The notes below the pieces were generated by a model. That model was not told where the DNA came from and made no database searches. It was given only the letters and a program-made list of their open reading frames with translations. From Squalus acanthias (taxonomy: Eukaryota): a stretch of 64,000 bases of DNA. A program made the translations under genes and the position numbers. Positions 51,823 through 64,000 of this stretch are shown one piece after another; the stretch's first letter is position 1; the number at the start of each line of letters is the position of its first letter. The stretch lies in the NCBI GenBank assembly GCA_030390025.1, contig CM059432.1:79114001-79178000 (forward strand). The letters run 5' to 3'.

Positions 51823-52643
51823 GTTGTTACGCGATGAGGACACCTGTTGAATAAACTGTTATCTCATGTTTACATTCATACAGCAAGAAAATATTTTTTT
51901 TTTAAAAGAATGGTCTATTTAAGTAGAGTTTCAAAAAAAAAACGTAGAAAAATGGCTTGCACCAGAAAACAAATCTAAATCAAAACTAACAATGAGAAAA
52001 AAGATCTGGCAGATCCTGCAAAAAGAAGGTTCAGTGAACGTTTGAGTATTAAAACAGAATGAAGAATGAAACATGTTGGCCGGGGGGAAAATAACAATTG
52101 AAGGGGTCAGTGGCTTTGACGTGTTGTATTCCCTTACACTAACGATGAAATAACCCCCAAAATTGATAAACATAAAAAAAAAAGTTAATTTTGAAACCGT
52201 AAAAATCTAATTATTCTTAAATTGTCAATCTTCTATTCTGAAAATCCTGATGATCCACGGAACTACACTAGCTTAAAGTTAAATTTATCAGTATAGGCAC
52301 CTAAAGCCGTGCTTTTACTCTACTTTGTATTGTAGTGGGTTAATATTTGCTGTGCGCGTGTCGATTGAAAAATCACATGACCTTTCAAATGGAATTGTAA
52401 TTGATTACCACTCTCCGTGACCAACTGCATTATTCTAAATCGGGTTTCTTTGACAACCATGTAATTACCCATCATCTAGCAAATTACTATTTAAATGCCA
52501 CTTGCTGTAACTCTTCCATAGTAGATAAGAGTTTATTTTTAAAATCCCACTTTAGCATTTAACTATGTAGGAAGCACGCTATTAAAATTGAATTACAAGA
52601 TCATGACTTTACAATTTTCAGAGGCTTCTTTAATTATACATTA

Positions 52644-53100
52644 TATGGCAGGAATGACGTATGAAGAGAGATTGGGTCGATTGGGCTTATACTCGCTGGA
52701 GTTTAGAAGAATGAGAGGGGATCTCATTGAAACTTATAAAATTCTGACAGGACAGGACAAACTAGATGCAGGAAGGATGTTCCCAATGGCGGGGGAGTCC
52801 AGAACCAGGGGTCGCAGTCTAAGGATAAGGGGTAAGCCATTTAGGACAGAAATGAGGAGGAATTTCTTCACCCAGAGAGTGGTGAACCTGTGGAATTCTC
52901 TGCCACAGAAGGCAGTAGGGGCCAATTCATTAAATAGATTCAAGAAGGAGTTGGATATATTTCTTAAGGCTAAAGGGATCAAGGGATATGGGGAGAAAGC
53001 AGGGACAGGGTACTGAATTTGGATGATCAGCCATGATCGCATTGAATGGCGGAGCAGGCTCGAGGGGCCGAATGGCCTACTCCTGCTCCTATCTTCTATG
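52644..53100 (+). mobile_element. Young CR1 3' end fragment
   Basis: MAGMTYEERLGRLGL..GYGEKAGTGY*, near-identical to 9331-9790. Confidence 0.95.
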
Positions 53101-55049
53101 AAAATGGAAGTACCTTTTCCCAGCTGGAGCACAAAGTGATAAGATCATGTTAATAGAACTAGCAATAGATTTAGATTTGAGTTTGACTTTCTTTTTTATT
53201 CTAGTGAGGCCCGAGACTGTACTTTACTAAAGTGAGCATTTATATTCCAACAATGATATTCAATTAATATTTTTAAATAGTTAAGAATGTAACTACTGGA
53301 AAACTTACCTGTGTGGGGAATGCAAAATAGGAGGTTTTGTTAATTTTTTATCCATGGCAAGCCCAGCATTTATTGCCCATCCCTAATTGCTTTTTATTTA
53401 GATGTGACAACACCAACACCAGAATTTGTATGTATTTATGTTCCGCTGATCCAGTGAGGGAAGGACGGAAAACCAAGATGAAAAGTGAAATGAGCGAATG
53501 ACATACAAAATAATTAGAGCAGAAAAAAAGGAGAAAGTAAAACAATGACTAAGAAAATATTCTTTTATATATGTATATACAAGAAGCAGGCCACAGAAGA
53601 GATCCACAGAACCAGCCCTCTGTGTGGACTGGTGGTGGTCTCATTCATTTGTTTCCTTCCCTTTTTCCTTCTGTGACTTCTGTTGGTCTCTTCAGTGTAC
53701 TTCTGCACCACTCCCGTAGTACTGCTTCCGAGTTAACTGACAGGAGGGTTATTTCAGTAAGGTGAACTTGTTCCTGCAATGGGCATTGCCTATCAATCTA
53801 TGTGGAACCACCAAAATTCTGCTAGAATTTGGTAATGAATATCTGACCCTCAGGCATACTCTTGCCTGCTAGATGCAAGTTTAGCATTCTGTTATTAAAA
53901 ATACTATGCCAGCATAACCAGTTAGTATGTTGTATGTGTTTTAGGATTCTGATTAAGATGTAGCTACTTTTTTTCCTATTTCTTTGGGAAAGCTTACTTA
54001 ATTTGTTGGATTTTGAGACATTTCAGTTCCTTATAATTCTTGTCCTTTACACTTAGGATCAGTCTTGTTTCTCTTCTCTGTATCCTTTTCAATGTATTTA
54101 TATCTTTTTATGGTATGGGGTCAAGAACCGAACACAGTACTCCAAGTATCATTTAACCAGTCCATTATGAAGTCTGAACAAAATTTTTGTAGACTTGAAA
54201 ATACTAGATATCCTAGCATCTGATTATGTGTTTTTTCACGATGTCTAGACATGAAAAGGAACTTGGTATACTTAGTAACCTCCTCACTTTCAAAGTCCCC
54301 CTGTGCTGATTGAGTTCTCATAGAAACATAGAAAAATAGGAGCAGGAGTAGGCCATTCGGCCCTTCGAGCCTGCTCCGCCATTCAGTATGATCATGGCTG
54401 ATCCTCTATCTCAATACCATATTCCCGCTCTCTCCCCATACCTCTTGATGCCTTTTGTGTCTAGAAATCTATCTATCTCCTTCTTAAATATATTCCGTGA
54501 CTTGACCTCTACAGCCTTCTGTAGTAGAGAATTCCACAAGTTCACCACCCTCCTGAGTGAAGAAATTTCTCCTCATCTCAGTCCTAAATGTTCTACCCCG
54601 TATCCTGAGACTGTGCCGCCTCGTTCTAGACCCCCCAGCCAGGGGAAACATCCTCCCTGCATCCAGTCTGTCTAGCCCTGTCAGAATTTTATACGTTTCA
54701 ATGAGATCCCCTCTCATTCTTCTAAACTCTAGTGAATACAGGCCTAGTCGACCCAATCTCTCCTCATACGACAGTCCTGCCATCCCAGGAATCGGTCTGG
54801 TGAACCTTCGCTGCACTCCCTCTATGGCAAGTATATCCTTTCTTAGGTAAGGAGACCAAAACTGCACATAGTACTCCAGGTGTGGTCTCACCAAGGCCCT
54901 GTATAACTGTAGCAAGACATCCTTGCTCCTGTACTCAAATCCTCTTGCAATGAAGGGCAACATACCATTTGTCTTCCTAACTGCTTGCTGCACCTGCATA
55001 TTTGCTTTCAGTGACTGGTGTACAAGGACACCCAGGTCCCTTTGTACAT

Positions 55050-55250
55050 TGTGCGGAGATGCCGGTGTTGGACTGGGGTGGACAAAAATGAGAAGTCGCA
55101 CAACACCAGGTTATAGTCCAACAGTTTTATTTGAAATCACGAGCTTTCGGAGCGCTGCTCCTTCGTTACCTGACGAAGGAGCAGCGCTCCGAAAGCTCGT
55201 GATTTCAAATAAAACTGTTGGACTATAACCTGGTGTTGTGCGACTTCTCA
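55050..55250. mobile_element. 201-bp non-autonomous Penelope-derived hairpin insertion, 11-bp TSD
   Basis: TSD CCTTTGTACAT at 55039-49 and 55251-61; perfect 78-bp arms 55089-55166 and 55173-55250; sequence matches the 3' end of the element at 60557-63117. Confidence 0.9.
55165..55204 (+). ncRNA. Minimal hammerhead ribozyme motif
   Basis: GTTAC-CTGACGA-A-GGAGC(AGC)GCTCC-GAAA-GC-TC-GTGAT; palindromic stem III AGCT. Confidence 0.7.
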
Positions 55251-56324
55251 CCTTTGTACATCAGCATTTCCCAATCTATCACTATTTAAATAATACTCTA
55301 CCTTTCTGTTTTTCCTACCGAAGTGGATAACTTCACATTTATCCACGTTATACTGCATCTGCCATGTATTTGCCCACTCGCTCAACTTGTCTAAATCACC
55401 TTGAAGCCTCTTTGCATCCTCCTCACAACTCACAATCCCACCTAGTTTCGTGTCGTCAGCAAACTTGGAAATATTACATTTGGTTCCTTCATCCAAATCA
55501 TTGATGTATATTGTGAATAGCTGGGGCCCAAGCACTGATCCCAGCGGTACCCCACTAGTCACCGCCTGCCACCCCGAAAAAGACCCATTTATTCCTACAC
55601 TCTGTTTCCTGTCTGTTAACCAATTTTCAATCCATGCCAGTATATTGCCCCCAATCCCATGTGCTTTAATTTTGCACACTAACCTCTTAAGTGGGACTTT
55701 ATCAAAGGCCTTCTAAAAATCCAAATACACCACATCTACTGGTTCTCCCTTATCTATTCTACCAGTTACATCCTCAAAAAACTCCAGTAGGTTTGTCAAA
55801 CACGATTTCCCTTTCATAAATCCATGTTGACTTTGTCTAATCCCGTTGATATTTTCTAAGTGTCCTGTTATCACATCCTTTATAATAGACTCTAGCATTT
55901 TCCCTACTACTGATGTTAGGCTAACCGGTCTGTAGTTCCCTGTTTTCTCTCTCCCTTTTTTAAATAGTGGGGTTACATTTGCCACCCTCCAATCTGCAGG
56001 AACTGTTCCATAATCTATAGAATTTTGGAAGATGACAAGCAATGCATCCACTATTTCCATGGCTACCTCTTTTAGTACTCTGGGATGCAGATTATCAGAC
56101 CCTGGGGATTTATCAGCTTTCAGTCCCATTAATTTCTCCAGCACTTTTTTTTTACTAATATAATTTCCTTTAATTCCTCCTTCTTACTAGACCCTTGGTT
56201 CCCTAGCATTTCTGGGAAGTTATTTGTGTCCTCTTCCATGAAGACAGAACCAAAGTATTTGTTTAATTGCTCTCCATTTCCTTGTTCCCCATTATAAGTT
56301 CTCCTATTTCTGACTGTAAGGGAC

Positions 56325-57240
56325 ATATAAACATGGAAGATAGGAGCAGGAGTAGGCCATTCAGCCCCTCGAGCCTGTTCCGCCATTTAATGAGATCATG
56401 ACTGATCATCCAAATTCAGTACCCTGTCCCTGCTTTCTCCCCATATCCCTTGATCCCTTTAGCCTTAAGAAATATATCTAACTCCTTCTTGAATATATTT
56501 AATGAATTGGCCTCAACTGCCTTCTGTGGTAGAGAATTCCACAGGTTCACCACTCTCTGGGTGAAGAAATTCCTCCTCATCTCAGTCCTAAATGGCTTAC
56601 CCCTTATCCTTAGACTGTGACCTCTGGTTCTGGATTCCCCCGCTATCAGGAACATCCTTCCTGCATCTAGTCTGTCTAGTCCTGTTAGAATTTTATAAGT
56701 TTCAATGAGATCCCCTCTCATTCTTCTAAACTCTAGTGAATATAAGCCTAATCGACCCAATCTCTCTTTATACGACATTCCTGCCATCCCAGGTATCAGT
56801 CTGGTGAATCTTCGCTGCACTCCCTCCATGGCAAGAACATCCTTCCTCAGATAAGGCGACCAAAACTGCACACAATACTCAAGGTGTGGTCTCACCAAGG
56901 CCCTGTGCAACTGCAGCAAGACATCCTTGCTCCTGTACTCGAATCCTCTCGCTATGAAGGCCAACATACCATTTGCCTTCTTAACTGCCTACTGCACCTG
57001 CATGCTTACCTTTAACGACTGGTGCACAAGGACACCCAGATCTCGTTGCACGTCCCCTTTTCCCAATCTATTGCCGTTCAGATAATAATCTGTCTTCCTG
57101 TTTTTGCCACCAAAGTGGATAACCTCGCATTTATCCACATTATACTGCATCTGCCATGCATCAGCCCAATCACCCGACCTGTCCAAATCATACTGGAGTT
57201 TCTCTGCATCCTCCTCACAGCACACACGCCCACCCAGCTT
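56325..57240 (-). mobile_element. Younger CR1 3' fragment nested inside the long CR1
   Basis: Host sequence ..TAAGGGAC|CTACATTTG.. is split; the insert is near-identical to 8890-9790. Confidence 0.9.
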
Positions 57241-60200
57241 ACCTACATTTGTCTTCACTAATCTTTTTGTTTTTACATACTTGTAGAAGCTTTTACAATC
57301 CGCTTTTATGTTCCTTGCAAGTTTACTCTCGTACTCTATATTTCCCATCTTAATCAATCTCTTGGTCCTTTTTTGCTGAAGTCTAAACTGCTCCCAATCC
57401 TCAGGCTTGCTACTTTTTCTGGCAACTTTATATGACGACTCTTTGGATCTAATACTATCCTTAATTTCTTTTGTTAGCCATGGTTGGGCCGCTTTTTCTT
57501 TTGTGTTTTTGCGCCAGAAAGGAATGTATAACTGTTGCAATTCATGCATTTGTTTCTTAAATGTTAGCCATTGCCTATCCACCGTCATGCCTTTTAATGA
57601 AGCTCCCCAATCTATCATAGCCAACTCACTCCTCATACCATAGCAGTTTCCTTTGTTTAGATTTAGGACCCTAGTTTCGGATTGGACTTCTTCACTTTTC
57701 ATTTTAATGAAGAATTCTATCATGTTATGGTCACTCTTCCCTAAAGGACCCCGCACAACAAGATTATTAATTAACCCCTTCTCATTGCACAATACCCAAT
57801 CTAGGATAGCCTGTTCCCTAGTTGGCTCCTTGGCGTACTGGTCTAAAAAACCATTTCGTACGCACTCCAGGAATTCATCCTCCACAGTATTATTACTAAT
57901 TTGGTTTGGCCAGTCTATATGTAGATTAAAGTCACCCATGATTACTGTAGTACCCTTGTTACATGCATCTCTAATTTCCTGTTTGATGCCAGCCCCTACA
58001 TTACTACTACTGTTTGGAGGCCTATAGACAACTCCCACCAATGTTTTCTGCCCCTTGGTGCTTCTTAGCTCCACCCAGACTGATTCTACATCTTGATTTT
58101 CTGAGCCAATATCCTTTCTCACTATTGCTCTGATTTCATCCTTTATTAACCAGGCCACCCCACCACCTTTTCCTTTTCGCCTGTCCTTCCTAAATATCGA
58201 ATATCCTTGGATATTCAGTTCCCAGCCTTGGTCACCCGACAGTCATGTCTCCGTAATCGCAATTATATCACATCCGTTTACATCTATTTGTGCTGTTAAT
58301 TCGTCTTCCTTATTACGAATGCTTCATGCATTCAGATACAGTGCCTTTAGATTTGTCTTTTTAACATTTTTAGACATCTTAACATTTTTTTGTACTATGG
58401 CCCTATTTGTCTTATTAGCACTTTTTCTTACCCGGACCCTATTTGTTAGTGCACTCCTTTGTTTGTACGCTCTGTCCCTTCCTGACACAATCGGGTTATC
58501 CTTGCCCCAGTCACTTTCCTGCACTGCTTCCTTGTCTTTTCTCTTTAGCATTCTAGATTTCTCTCCACCGGGACCCTTCCCCCCCGCCCCCCCCCTTATT
58601 TAGTTTAAAGCCCTATCTACCTCCCTAGTTATTCGATTAGCTAGAACTCTGGTCCCAGCATGGTTCAGGTGTAGTCCGTCTCAACAGAACAGCTCTCTCT
58701 TTCCCCAGTACTGGTGCCAGTGCCCCACGAATTGAAACCCACTTCTCCTACACCAATCTTTGAGCCATGCATTCATCTCCCTGATCCTATTGACCCTATG
58801 CCAATTTGCTCGTGGTTCTGGTAATAATCCAGAAATTATGACCTTTGTGGTTCTGCTTTTTAATTTAGTCCCTAGCTGATCAAACTCTCTCAGCAGAACC
58901 TCTTTCTTTGTCCTACCTATGTTGTTGGTACCGACGTGGACCACGACAACTGGATCCTCCCACTCCAAGTTCTTCTCCAGCCCGGAGGCAATGTCCTTTA
59001 CCCTGGCAACATAGCCTTCGGGACTCACGCTCCTGGCTGCAGAGAACAGTGTCTATCCCCCTAACTATACTGTCACCTACTACAACCACCTTCCTTTTTA
59101 CGGCTTCCTGTACCACGGTGCTTTGGTCAGTTTGCTCGTAGTCCCCGCACTGGTCCACAAGGGTAATCATTGTATACTTATGAAGCATATCATTTCAACC
59201 TCCTTTGCAATACTTTACATTTCTAAATATTTTTTTAAAATGGCAAATTAAATTTTATTTGCTTAAATTATAATGGTTATTACACTAGTAGGAAGGTGTA
59301 ATGAAGTTGTACAAATCAGGACTACAGTAGATGATTAACACCTAAAATGGCTGACTCCCTAATAAATCGTCAGCTACTCCAAAAGATAGTTTTTGATTTT
59401 TATATTGATTGCTAGTTTTAGATATGGCAGTAAAGATCAGGTCCTGGAGTGATGGGAAAGAGATGTATAGATCACCTAAGAATTTGTGAGTAATCATGCA
59501 TGCAAGTAATCAATGATTTTACTTGCTAATCAGTGATTTCCCTGCAAAATCAACCTTGATGCCTAACGCTAACTGATTTCATGTCTTCTCTAGTCTGCAA
59601 GTCCTCAGTGATTTTTCACTTGGACCACCAGACACCTAATTTTTGTACTGCCATACCTAAAACTAGCAATCATTACAAAAGTCAAAAATCATTATATTTT
59701 GGAGTACCTCACTATTTAAAAGCTATAGTCAGACAAAGTAAAATGTTAGTACTAATTTCTTGTGACAAGCATTTGCCTCTTTCTCTGAGCTAATTGCATG
59801 GTTTCTGCATAGCCAAAATAAATCGGGTACTAAATAACACTCCCAAGTGCCACTGTATTTAGAAATTTAGTAACGACCTTTGTTGCTAACATTCTGAAAA
59901 CATACTACCTGTGAAGAATACTGTAGAAACTTCATAATGCACTTATTCATTACACTTGAAACTGTAGTATTGGTTTTAGCCCAAAACTAACAGAAGAATT
60001 AATATTTTTATGAATAATATAATTTTAAATGCTCCCAAGACATGACTGAATTAAAAAGTTAGAAACATTCAAGGTTAATTGTCTTATCGTTGTTTAGTTG
60101 TATGAAATACAGAATTGTTTTGAGTAGCTCAGTAGTCTGGATGGTATTGGACTTGATTGTGGATATTAGTTCTTTGGGTATCTTGCTGCTTGATCTTGGC

Positions 60201-60762
60201 TCTTGGGAATGAGTTCTACCATTTCTCAGTTGATTTGTTAGATGGAGAGCCTCTTTTTGTGGTGGGGAAAAAAAAATACTCCAGTGCAAACACTATCTTT
60301 ATATATACCATTTGCCAATCTGTTGTCCAGACTATACTGGTCTCTAGCTTTTGAGGAAAAGAATAAAAGTTGTTTTGAAGTTGTTCAAAGTCCAGAAAAA
60401 TTACTTATTGGTTAGTTGTTGTATATATGCTAAAATCATATTAATATTTTAACATAGATAATAAGGCATTCATTCATTCAAGGCCCCGAGTCCTGTGATT
60501 CTTTAGATGTAATCAATAGATGTTTTATTTCTGGGTACACAATCTGATAGAAAATAAAAATGAGAAGTCGCACAACACCAGGTTATAGTCCAACAGATTT
60601 ATTTAAAATTACAAGCTTTCGGAGCTGTCGCTCCTTCTTCAGGTAGGGTAGCTGTGAGAGAATCTCCCAGAATTCACAATATAAACACAGAAAAAATCTC
60701 CCTACATCAACATTCCTAATGAGACAATCAATGATCCGGAACAGCAGACAGAGGGAACCGCA

Positions 60763-62763
60763 GTGCTACAACCGAGGAAGAAAGAGTCAAATTGGACCCC
60801 TCCGGAGGGTCGCAGCCCTAAGCTTGACATGTATGCTCAAGCTGTCAGGAAATGCATCAACGCCAGATTCATCAGCCGTACTCACAAGACAGTCCAGAAT
60901 GTCACCCGAGCACAACGCAACGCCATCCACGCTCTCAAGACCAACCGCAACATCGTCATCAAACCAGCGGACAAAGGAGGACCCATCGTCATACAGAACA
61001 GAATGGACTATTGCAAAGAAGCATACCGACAACTGGACAACCAGGAACACTACAGACAGCTACCCGCAGATCCGACCAAAGAACACACCCGCCAACTCAA
61101 TAGACTGATCAAGACCTTCGATCCAGACCTTCAAAACATCCTACGCGCTCTCATCCCACGTACTCCCCGCGTAGGAGACTTTTACTGCCTCCCAAAGATA
61201 CACAAAGCCAACACACCCGGACGTCCTATCGTATCAGGCAACGGAACCCTGTGTGAGAACCTCTCTGGGTACGTCGAGGGCATCCTGAAACCCATCGTAC
61301 AGGGAACCCCCAGCTTCTGTCGTGACACCACAGACTTCTTGCAGAAACTCAGCACCCATGGACCAGTTGAACCAGGAACACTCCTCGTCACGATGGACGT
61401 ATCGGCACTCTACACCAATATCCCCCACAATGACGGCATCGCTGCGACAGCCTCAGTACTCAACACCAACAACAGCCAATCTCCGGACACCATCCTACAA
61501 CTCATCCGCTTCATCCTTGACCACAATGTCTTCACCTTCGACAACCATTTTTTTACCCAAACACACGGAACAGCCATGGGGACCAAATTCGCACCCCAAT
61601 ACGCCAACATCTTCATGCACAAGTTCGAGCAAGACTTCTTCGCTGCACAGGACCTCCAGCCAACGCTGTACACCAGATACATCGACGACATCTTCTTCCT
61701 TTGGACCCACGGCGAAGGATCACTGAAAGGACTACACGATAGCATCAACAGGTTCCATCCCACCATCAAACTCACCATGGACTACTCCTCAGAATCGGTT
61801 TCATTCTTGGACACACGAATCTCCATCAAAGACGGACGCCTCGGCACTTCACTCTACCGCAAGCCCACGGACAACCTCACGATGCTCCACTTCTCCAGCT
61901 TCCACCCTAACCACGTTAAAGAAGCCATCCCCTATGGACAAGCCCTGCGAATACACAGGATCTGCTCAGACGAGGAGGAACGCGATGGACACCTACGGAC
62001 ACTGAAAGACGCCCTCGTAAGAACGGGATATGACGCTCGACTCGTCGATCGACAGTTCCGACGGGCCACAGCGAAAAACCGCATAGACCTCCTCAGAAGA
62101 CGAACACGGGACACAACCAACAGAGTACCCTACGTCGTCCAGTACTTCCCCGGAGCGGAAAAACTACGCCATGTTCTTCACAGCCTTCAACATGTCATCG
62201 ATGACGACGAACACCTTGATAAGGCCATCCCCACGCCTCCACTACTCGCCTTCAAGCAGCCGCCTAACCTCAAAAGTACCATCGTTCGCAGCAGATTACC
62301 CATCTTTCAGGAGAACAGCAACCACGACACCACACAACCCTGCCACGGCAACCTCTGCAAGACATGCCAGATCATGGACACAGATACCATCATCACACGT
62401 GAGGACACTACCCACCAGGTACATGGTACATACTCATGTGACTCGGCCAACGTTGTCTACCTGATACGTTGCAGTAAAGGATGCCCCAGAGCATGGTACA
62501 TCGGCGAGACCATGCAGACACTGAGACAACGTATGAACGGACACCGCGCAACAATCGCCAGGCAGGAGGGTTGCCTCCCAGTCGGGGAACACTTCAGCAG
62601 TCAGGGGCATTCAGCCTCGGATCTGCGGGTAAGCGTTCTCCAAGGCGGCCTTTGGGATACACGACAGCGCAAAATCATAGAGCAGAAACTGATAGCCAAG
62701 TTCCGCACTCATGAGGATGGCCTCAATCGCGATATCGGGTTCATGTCACGATACAGAACGTGA
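60763..62763 (+). CDS. Penelope RT + GIY-YIG endonuclease (open frame, N-terminus truncated)
   Basis: IKPADKGG, LPKIHK..GRPIVS, MDVSALYT, GTAMG, YTRYIDDIF, LYRKPT, linker PCHGNLCKTC, VVYLIRC..WYIGET..LRQRMNGH, GLN. No stops over 666 codons; the frame is open back to the junction near 60711. Confidence 0.92.
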   Translation: MLQPRKKESNWTPPEGRSPKLDMYAQAVRKCINARFISRTHKTVQNVTRAQRNAIHALKTNRNIVIKPADKGGPIVIQNRMDYCKEAYRQLDNQEHYRQLPADPTKEHTRQLNRLIKTFDPDLQNILRALIPRTPRVGDFYCLPKIHKANTPGRPIVSGNGTLCENLSGYVEGILKPIVQGTPSFCRDTTDFLQKLSTHGPVEPGTLLVTMDVSALYTNIPHNDGIAATASVLNTNNSQSPDTILQLIRFILDHNVFTFDNHFFTQTHGTAMGTKFAPQYANIFMHKFEQDFFAAQDLQPTLYTRYIDDIFFLWTHGEGSLKGLHDSINRFHPTIKLTMDYSSESVSFLDTRISIKDGRLGTSLYRKPTDNLTMLHFSSFHPNHVKEAIPYGQALRIHRICSDEEERDGHLRTLKDALVRTGYDARLVDRQFRRATAKNRIDLLRRRTRDTTNRVPYVVQYFPGAEKLRHVLHSLQHVIDDDEHLDKAIPTPPLLAFKQPPNLKSTIVRSRLPIFQENSNHDTTQPCHGNLCKTCQIMDTDTIITREDTTHQVHGTYSCDSANVVYLIRCSKGCPRAWYIGETMQTLRQRMNGHRATIARQEGCLPVGEHFSSQGHSASDLRVSVLQGGLWDTRQRKIIEQKLIAKFRTHEDGLNRDIGFMSRYRT

Positions 62764-62992
62764 CTTGACATCATGGCCGGTCTTTCCAGGTTTTAAAAAA
62801 AAAACTAACACAAGAACCAAACACAAATGGAGAGGATATGCAGCCAGCAGGTGTTTTGACACGTTGGACCCCCTGGGACACATCTCATTGTCTTGGCTGT
62901 GCTCTTAGTGTGTCTTTGATGTAGGGAAAGATTTGAATACATTTTTTCTGTGTTTATATTGTGAATTCTGGGAGATTCTCTCACAGCTACCC

Positions 62993-63029
62993 TACCTGAA
63001 GAAGGAGCGACAGCTCCGAAAGCTTGTAA
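62993..63029 (+). ncRNA. Minimal hammerhead ribozyme motif in the Penelope pLTR (antisense copy at ~60609-60645)
   Basis: TAC-CTGAAGA-A-GGAGC(GACA)GCTCC-GAAA-GC-TT-GTA. Confidence 0.75.
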
Positions 63030-64000
63030 TTTTAAATAAATCTGTTGGACTATAACCTGGTGTTGTGCGACTTCTCATTTTTGTCCACCCCAGTCCAACG
63101 CCGGCATCTCCACATCATGATAGAAAATAGATTAGTGTATACAGAATATAAATGTAATTGATCATTCCCCAGTATTTTTTTAAAATTCTTGCAGTGCCTC
63201 TCTTGACCTTTGGGGATAAATTAAGCTTTACTGGTGCATGTAATATTAAAGCTGTTATCGTTACATACATCTATTGCATGTTCTGCTATAGATCCAGTCA
63301 GCTCATGTTTGCAATTGATTCAGTCAGCTGAGTGATTGGGAATTTGGGGGGGGGAATTTGGCCTGGGAACATGTAGCTGATAAAGGTAGTGTAATGAATA
63401 GCATTTACTATATATTAGTTTTGCTTTGCCATATCATGTCCTTCACAGATATGAAATTAAAATATCAATTATAATCTATTTTTGTTTTGTGTTCCTCAAG
63501 AGGTTTAGCAATATTAGTGGTATCGAATGGAACACAGACTTTAAATCATTCAAAGGCTGAAATGCCAACTGCAAAGTAAAGCACCCTGTATTCAACTTTA
63601 TTCAACATCTCTACTATGCCGGATTGAATTCTTCCTTTTCTATCCCTGTGACCTTTACTGACATTGCCAGTTTAATGCTCACAGGCAGTTTTTTGAGCTG
63701 TGGTGTGCAGATTGAGATTACCCAACTTAATTTTGAACACTCCAAAACTAACGAGAACAGTAAATACTCCTTCCATTTCCTTTTCTGGCTGTTAATTTTA
63801 ATATTTTGCATAAAAACTTAAATTGGGGACTGATTATTGCTGCCAGATGGAACAAATAACATTTAAAGTGGTTATTGAAATCGCTCTACAAATTTCAAAT
63901 AGCTTATTGTATACTTATTTTTATTTAAATTAACCAAGTTTTAAGTTCTTCTCTTCTGAATTTAAAAAGTAGAAAATCTCATGCCTGCATATATTTTTTT

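Larger units (their letters stand above)
54321..59140 (-). mobile_element. Near full-length CR1 LINE (ORF1 SGNH-esterase, ORF2 APE + RT), disrupted, with two nested insertions
   Basis: ORF1 VVGDSIVRG, VHVGTNNIG; ORF2 [39 protein letters not shown]; tail TTCTATGTTTCTATG. Confidence 0.95.
60557..63117 (+). mobile_element. Penelope-like retroelement (Neptune-type), 5'-truncated, inverted pLTR, 12-bp TSD
   Basis: TSD TGATAGAAAATA at 60545-56 and 63118-29; inverted repeat 60556-60697 / 62941-63082; 35-nt unpaired 3' tail. Confidence 0.95.

Noticed and set aside
60763..62763. Selenoprotein (Naiad-type) PLE or telomerase
   Set aside because: No in-frame TGA within the ORF, a hammerhead is present, and the C-terminal GIY-YIG excludes TERT.

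Overview
Eukaryotic, repeat-dominated genomic DNA, very likely from a cartilaginous fish (shark/ray). It carries HE1-type V-SINE, Deu-domain SINE, CR1, L2, Tx1, Penelope-like and PIF/Harbinger repeats. No complete host protein-coding gene can be recognised. The window starts in a ZNF143/RFX-motif promoter, has a second CpG-rich promoter-like region at about 20.2-21.4 kb with candidate short exons, and otherwise looks intronic. Main observations: (1) a young 5'-truncated Penelope-like (Neptune-type) retroelement with an open RT-GIY-YIG ORF, an inverted 142-bp terminal repeat, a hammerhead ribozyme and a 12-bp TSD; (2) a 201-bp non-coding hairpin derivative of the same family with its own 11-bp TSD; (3) a second Penelope family with the same variant hammerhead core; (4) a TSD-bounded chimeric retro-insertion joining a Tx1 LINE 3' end to an intronless ferritin mRNA fragment with poly(A), suggesting 3' transduction; (5) a family of ~750-bp Harbinger MITEs with 3-bp TSDs and NRF1-like motifs, plus a decayed Harbinger transposase. 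A 500-N gap lies at 34971-35470. Boundaries of old repeats are approximate.
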